A stretch of DNA of 64,000 nt. It comes from the human T2T-CHM13v2.0 reference genome, Homo sapiens. The DNA lies in NCBI RefSeq assembly GCF_009914755.1, contig NC_060947.1; one strand, given 5' to 3'. Every line of letters starts with the position of its first letter. Position 1 is the first letter of the stretch. Of this stretch, positions 57,930 through 64,000 are shown piece by piece. The position numbers were made by a program, and so were the translations under genes. The notes beneath the pieces are model-generated. The model had not been told where the DNA came from. It saw nothing but the letters and a program-made list of their open reading frames with translations, and did not search any database.

Positions 57930-58132
57930 TACGGTTGCCAGATTTAGGAAATGAAAGTACAGAATACTCAGTTAAATCTGACTTCAAATAAACAATGGAT
58001 GCTTAATTAGTATAAGTATGTCCCATGGACTATGACATGCAATATTTAGGACATACATATACTAAAAACGTATTTATTGTTTATCTGAAATTCAAATCTA
58101 ACTGCGTGTCCAGCGTTTTATTTGGCAGTGTT
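57930..58132. mobile_element. MER53 palindromic MITE
   Basis: ggttgccaga..cagttaaatctgacttcaaataaacaa..tagtataagtatgtcc / ggacatacatatacta..ttgtttatctgaaattcaaatctaactg..tttggca. Confidence 0.9.
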
Positions 58133-58169
58133 AACTAACCTTATAGTGCAACTTAATGTCATAGCTCTT

Positions 58170-58830
58170 GGAAGGTGGTTTCTTCCCTGCAGATGACTAA
58201 ACTCCTCAAAGGTAAGTTTGTGTCTAACTCATCTTTGTAGTTTTTGTTTTCTCAGCAAATAGAAAACTAGTAATCATCAAAGAATATGTGTTGACTGAAC
58301 AAATGAATAGATGGCATATAATAGGCGCTCCATAAGTGTTTATTGAAAGGAGAGGAACAACCTGATCTTGGCCTCTGGACAATGGATTTCTGGACTGCCC
58401 TTTCAATAACATTTAGTGTCTTCTATGTGAATAATTAACTGTTCCTGACTCTGCTACTCACCCAGCCTCCTGCTTCTACATCTTTTGTTACATAAATTCT
58501 CATCCTCAGATATGTACTTGTTTGATTCAACATACCTATGCATAGCAGTCATTTCATGCAGTTTTCATGCCCCTGCATATGGAGGAATCTTCCAATGGCT
58601 TCCCAACTTACCTTGGATAAATACAAATGCTTTTTAATGCTTTACAAGGCTATCTCTCTGGCTCAGCTCTCCCCATCCCTAGTTCTGCTCAAGCCACATT
58701 GATTCTCACCTCAGGGTTTTGCACTTGCTGTTCCTTATGCCTGAAATGTTTCCTCAAGATCTTTGCATGTCTTACTTACTTCATTCAGGTCTCTGCTCAA
58801 ATGAAGCTTTCTCAAGAAGATTTTTTTTCC
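58170..58830 (+). mobile_element. L2 fragments (~58170-58350 and ~58580-58830)
   Basis: agatgactaaactcctcaaagg..gttgactgaacaaatgaat; cttccaatggcttccca..cctcagggttttgcacttgctgttcc..caggtctctgctcaaatg. Confidence 0.6.
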
Positions 58831-58879
58831 ACCCTAAATGTTATAGTTCCCTTCCTCCAAAACAGCAGGGGGCTTTGAG

Positions 58880-59050
58880 GCAAAGTCTGTCCCTCACTTT
58901 CACCTTTCAAATCTCATCTAATTAAAGGAGACTTGATCATACCTAAGAGTCTAGCCACAAGGAAGTCTGGGAAATGTAGTTTTTAGCTATCTAGTTGCCA
59001 ACTTCAGCAAAGTGCAGGAGAGGGAGGGTGGAATGAAAGTCATATCCACC
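58880..59050. mobile_element. LTR33-like fragment
   Basis: caaggaagtctgggaaatgtagtttttagct..gcaggagagggagggtggaatg. Confidence 0.45.
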
Positions 59051-59819
59051 ACAACTATGTGGCTACTACATATAATGTTTAAAAGAATATTTATACGTGA
59101 AAAAGTTTATAAAACAATAAGAAAATATACTATAGTTGTTTTAAAAATTAGCATAATGCCCCCCCCAACCCACACACACACATATGAACTAGATTATATA
59201 CCAAAGTTAGTGATGTTTTTGAGTAGTGGCTGTAATATGTTGACAGAATAAATTCTTGAATAGGATGGTGATGGAGATAGGATTCAAACATGTGATGGGA
59301 TTGGCTTGGAACAGAAGAAAGGCTATCTTCTCCTGTGAAGTAGGAAAGGAAAAGATAGAGACAAGTGTTCAAAGACAAGACATAGGTGGGGCAGGGGCAG
59401 TGAGATGGTTCTTAATTGTTGGTCTCCATTTTTGCTGTGAAATGGAGGCAAGGCCATTTCTGGGAGTGAAAGGGGAAGTTGTAGGATTGGGGGTGATGAA
59501 TTAATGGTGAAAGTTCCTGACTACAGATATGGGGAATGGTAGGACAACTGGCCAGGCTGACACAGTTGTTTGTGGTGGGCAATTAGGGCCCAGATGGTGT
59601 AAAACAAAAAACAAAAAACAAAAAACAAAAAACAAAACTAGCTTGTGCTACCGAGGTCATTTCTCCAGCAGGATTTAATAGCCACAGACACCAATTGTGA
59701 CTTGTCATGGTCTTCAGCCCACCTAACATTTTCTGAGTGAGGTAAAGTTCTCTATCGACAATCATTAATTTCAACGACATCAGAAATGATTAGGCATTCA
59801 TTAAACAGTCATTTTTATT

Positions 59820-60075
59820 AGAGAGGCAACACTACTGTAATCAATAAGATCTTGGGTTCTCAAATACAACTGCCTAGGTACAAATCCAGGCTGCATTATT
59901 TATTAGAGTTACGTGACTTCTCTATGCCTCAGTTTTCTTATCTGTATACTGGAGGCAAGAATAGTATTTATTTCATAGGGTTGCTCTGAAATTTAAATGA
60001 TAATACAAAGTGTTTAGAACAATGTCTGGCACATAGTAATCTTTTGATATATCTTATTTGCCATTGTTATTATCT
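59820..60075 (+). mobile_element. MIR
   Basis: ctgcctaggtacaaatccaggct..ttctctatgcctcagttttcttatctgta..catagggttg..ttagaacaatgtctggcacatagtaa. Confidence 0.8.
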
Positions 60076-60352
60076 GTGTTAATATGGAAAAGGAAAAGTC
60101 TGGGGGTGAAAAAGTGTGATTTAATTTTAGTACCTATTTCTACCCCCACCTGACCTCATCTCAGTCCTGCTTGTTATACCAACATGGTTGAGAAGTAGGG
60201 GCCTTTAGTTAATCAAATATTCTTATTTGTAGATCATGGCCATATATCGATTGGCAATTGCCAAAGCAGCACAATACAATAAAATAGGCAGAACATGGAC
60301 ATTTTTAATGCATATAATCTACTCTTTGATGGCTTAGGAGGATTTAAATACC

Positions 60353-60788
60353 TGTTACAGATTGGTTTCCCCACCGAGCAGATCGCGAGTTACAAATTAA
60401 GACACAGGATGTTTATGAGGGAGAGGTCTTGAGATCAACACCAGTGAAATGAAGGAGAAGGAAGCAGGAGTGAACAGGTGATACAGCCTGTACTGATACC
60501 TCAGCTTATCTTATGAGGAGCTCTAAGCCTTGGATGGCCCCTGAGAGTTGTCATGAATTGGAGCAAGGTTGTCCAGCCCTTATATCTGTGCATTGATCAA
60601 ACATTTGATGCAGGTTACCCCTGGAAGGAAGCTTGACCTTGGGTGAGGTATTTTATTTTATCAGAGGCAATTCCCAAAAAGGGCTGACAGCTGAGGGCCA
60701 CCTTCTACTAGCACTCCCAACAGCTGAGAAAATTGTCCTTCCTTCCTTCTGAAAGGGCTTCTGGGTGCCATATCAAAGTGTACACCAC
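60353..60788 (-). mobile_element. LTR16C-like LTR
   Basis: gtttatgagggagaggtcttgagatcaacacc..gaaggaagcagga..gaccttgggtgagg..gggctgacagctgagggc. Confidence 0.7.
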
Positions 60789-61828
60789 CTGATTCTTTGA
60801 GTGTCATTGTTTGAGTTACTCATATACGATAGACTTATGGGTTTGTTAAAACATTGTCTTGACCAATTAAATACCAGGTAAAAGAGATTCTGCAGTTTGA
60901 CTTCTTATGGCAACAGAACTCAAGTGGTCTATTTATTGCCTGTGAAATGATGTCATCCTTCTACTATGGAAGAGTTCTGAGAACATACGTGTTTGCATAA
61001 GTGTGTGTGTTTGTGCGTATGTATATGTGTCCTCCAATACAAAATAAAGGCACTTTTCTCTTTATCTCTCTTCCTGTAAACCATATCTCCACTTTCCCAG
61101 CCTTGCTTTATCTGTCTCTTCTATTCAGTGTTTTTAATACTACATTTTCTCGTAACAGAAGGGAATGTGAGCCAAAGCCACAGGGAATTGACCTTCTTGT
61201 GTTGTTTTCTACAGATGCTAAGGATTAGCTAAAACAGGCACTTTTGAGGGGAAGGATTACCCAAAAGACACAGTAGGTTCTAGGGCAAAGAGGTCAGTAT
61301 TCTGGCAGAGGTGGTAGTCATAGCAGCTGGTATCAAATGGCAATGATGGCTTGAGGACAGTGGGGTAAACACTGGTCACTAGGCTTCTGTTTGGGAATCA
61401 TGAGGGAGAGGCCTGCTTTGTACCTGTCCACAGTATTTCACTATTCCCAGTGTCATCTGGGGCTGTGGATTAAACATGGAGCTGGTGAAAGCTTATACCT
61501 TGCTTCACCTTCATATTAACTTGCTCCATCTGGGACTTAAGTTTTTCAAGCTATTGAAAAGCATTTCTCTCACCAGGACTGCTTGTTGGCAAGGGCCTGA
61601 GGAGGAAGGCAAGACACTGTTATTGTTCCTACCACTGTTTCAGTCTTGATGGCAGTGTAGGTAGCTATTCTTTGGTGGCATTTATGGTAACATTTAATAA
61701 CATTTATGGTAAAGTAAAACAAAGAAAATCCCAGAGACCTTATCTGTAATTAATGGGAAATGGTGGCAGTAAGTGGTGTTCAAATGAAAGGTTCATTGTT
61801 TCACCCAAACCAGACCCCACTAGGGAAT

Positions 61829-61876
61829 TCTTTCTTTCTTTCTTTCTTTCTTTCTTTTTTTTTTTTTTTTTTTTTT
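61829..61876. repeat. (TTTC)n-(T)n microsatellite
   Basis: Read directly from the sequence. Confidence 0.9.
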
Positions 61877-62060
61877 GGACATAGGTTTTGAGAATTGAGA
61901 ACTGGATGGTAGAATGCATGACCTTTTAACAGACGGGAAAAAATGCTAGTTGTAGTGGAGTGGATGTGATAATACAGGATGCAGTCAGCCAGATAACAAA
62001 TACTTATTGAATGCCTACTAGCGCCATGCAGTGCACTGAGGAGAGCAAGAGAGCTTGCAG

Positions 62061-62552
62061 TTAGTAGTAGAAACCATCCGTGTCCTGCTCCTGGACGTTG
62101 CTTATCCTACATCAATGCACACAGGCCCCTCGTACAATTGTCGGCACTCTCATTCTGTGACAAAGGGGTTGGGGAGGAAGAGCAGGGATGGAGAGGGGAC
62201 TTTGCATTCCACTGGGGCTTGGGAGCTTTTTCTGGCTGTCAGAGCCCAGTTGCCTGTACCCTGGAAATGCTGGGAAATTGACATTCCTTCGGGGCAGCCC
62301 TCAACCATGACTGACAGGAGTTGGTATATAAATATCTCACCTTTATCATCCTGTGTGCTGGCTCTGGAAATCCATGCTGTATTAAGTTCCACTGGCCCAC
62401 AGTAATAGCTATCTTGATAATGAATCTTGATAACTGGCTTCCTTCTCTGTTCCTATCTCACTTCCCCACACCCCTATGGAGGTCCCATATACATGACTTG
62501 CACTCCAATCCTGAAGGCATCTTGAGGTCTTCTGAGGAACCCAAGCTAAGAT
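62061..62552 (+). mobile_element. LTR16A/B-like LTR
   Basis: gggcagccctcaaccatgactgacaggagttggtatataaatatc..acttgcactccaatcct..gaggaacccaagctaaga. Confidence 0.7.
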
Positions 62553-63506
62553 CCAGTCTATAGGGGAAGGCAGACATACTGACTAGTGTGAAGAGGGCAA
62601 CAAGGTGAAGTACAATTTGTTTCCAGTTACAATCTTCCTGCTTAATTTTCTGTGTGACATTCAGGGTCCTTTGTTATGAAGAAGAAGAGACATAGGGGAA
62701 GAAGTACTTATTTTGTTATATACAGTGTGGGGAAAAAGTTTCATTGTTTTATTGAAAATGGAGAAATATGACTATGAATCCAGCCATGAGCATGATGCCT
62801 CTGTTATCTGTAATGGGAAAATTAAAGATGCTTCTGATTTGTATTAACTGTAATAAATGGGCCAGGTGTGGGGCAGAGGGCTCTGCTGGGCAGCAAAGAG
62901 AGGCAAAATGTGATTTACAATATCCAAGGCCTTAATAATGGTTTCAGTAACCTTAAATACCAGTTTGATAACTTGATAAATAAAGCTCTTTGTTAGATTA
63001 TAAAAATAAAAGCAAAAAGATCAAAAGTAATAGAATTGGGGCTGAAAAAATTATTTTCCAGGCAGCTACTGACCATTACAAAATTCCTTCTTTCTGTTTA
63101 TAGTGACGGGCCACCCAACCTCCAAGTTATTTATTACAGTGTAACAGCTGCATTCTATGTGTATGGGTGCATTACCTAAAATCCCTTATGCTTTCCTTCA
63201 ATAATGATTTTATTAGCATCAGTGATTGTGTCTGTATTGAGTAGTTTATAGCATATAGTGAGCCATGCTGTTCATCTGTAGCCAAAGCTCAAAAAGTGTT
63301 AGTAAAGCAGTGTAAAGGAAAGCTATTTCGCTTTGGGCTCACTGGCTCAAACCATTGTTCCCTCTGTTAACCTGTTATTTACCTAGTATGGAAACAGGGT
63401 GCTGCTGAGCAGAAATGAGCAGTGGGAACACTTCTTTCCCCTCAGAAAACAGGGGAAAGAAGTGCTAATAGCATCCGGGGTAAACTGCACTAAAAATCTT
63501 GCTCTA

Positions 63507-63800
63507 GGCTGGTCGCGGTGGCTCATGCCTGTAATCCCAGCACTTTGAGAGGCTGAGGCTGGTGGAACATTTGGGGCCAGGACAAGACCAGCCTGGCCAA
63601 CATGGTGAAATCCCGTCTGTACTAAAAATACAAAAAAAATTTACAGAGTGTGGTGGTGTACATCTGTAATCCCAGCTACTCGGGAGGCTGAAGCAAGAGA
63701 ATCACTTGAACTCTGGAGGCAGAGATTGCAGTGAGTTGAGATCGTGCCTGGGCGATAGTGAGTGAGACTGCCTCAAACAAAATAAAACAAATAAAAAAAA
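63507..63800 (+). mobile_element. Diverged Alu with internal deletions
   Basis: Alu dimer motifs; TSD tcttgctcta at 63497-63506 and 63802-63811. Confidence 0.88.
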
Positions 63801-64000
63801 GTCTTGCTCTACAGGGGCATAAGGGGGCATAGTTGCCAGTCAATTCAGTCCCTGTGTACTGGCCTTTCATTGTCTTGCCTCTCGGCTAGAAGACAGTGTT
63901 GTCCCAAGGTTCTCCCAGGCAGGGAGGAAGCTCAGGAAGAAAGACTGGGTTTGAGCCTCTGACCAAATGCTTGCCAATGTGCAGGAAATAGATTCTGTCC

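Overview
Primate (human-like) non-coding DNA, AT-rich and dominated by interspersed repeats. I can support no protein-coding gene; almost all long ORFs in the track are decayed L1 ORF1/ORF2, Alu or LTR translations. The centrepiece is a nested retrotransposon stack at ~11.5-28.7 kb. An ancient L1M is interrupted by a 5'-inverted L1PA8-like element, and that element is interrupted by an AluY and by a full-length minus-strand L1PA7-like element (15764-23139, 16-bp TSD). The full-length L1 carries a ~0.9-kb internal tandem duplication and an intact 72-codon ORF0 homologue in its antisense promoter. Other notable structures are a template-switch-like Alu/L1/MLT2A junction (6.3-6.6 kb), a 25-nt templated insertion inside an L1, local tandem duplications, a perfected hairpin in an LTR16, a palindromic MER53, and a probable GC-rich processed 3'-UTR retrocopy (54.3-55.05 kb). 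Repeat subfamily names come from recalled consensus motifs and need RepeatMasker/Dfam confirmation. I found no convincing evidence of a new multi-gene biological system.
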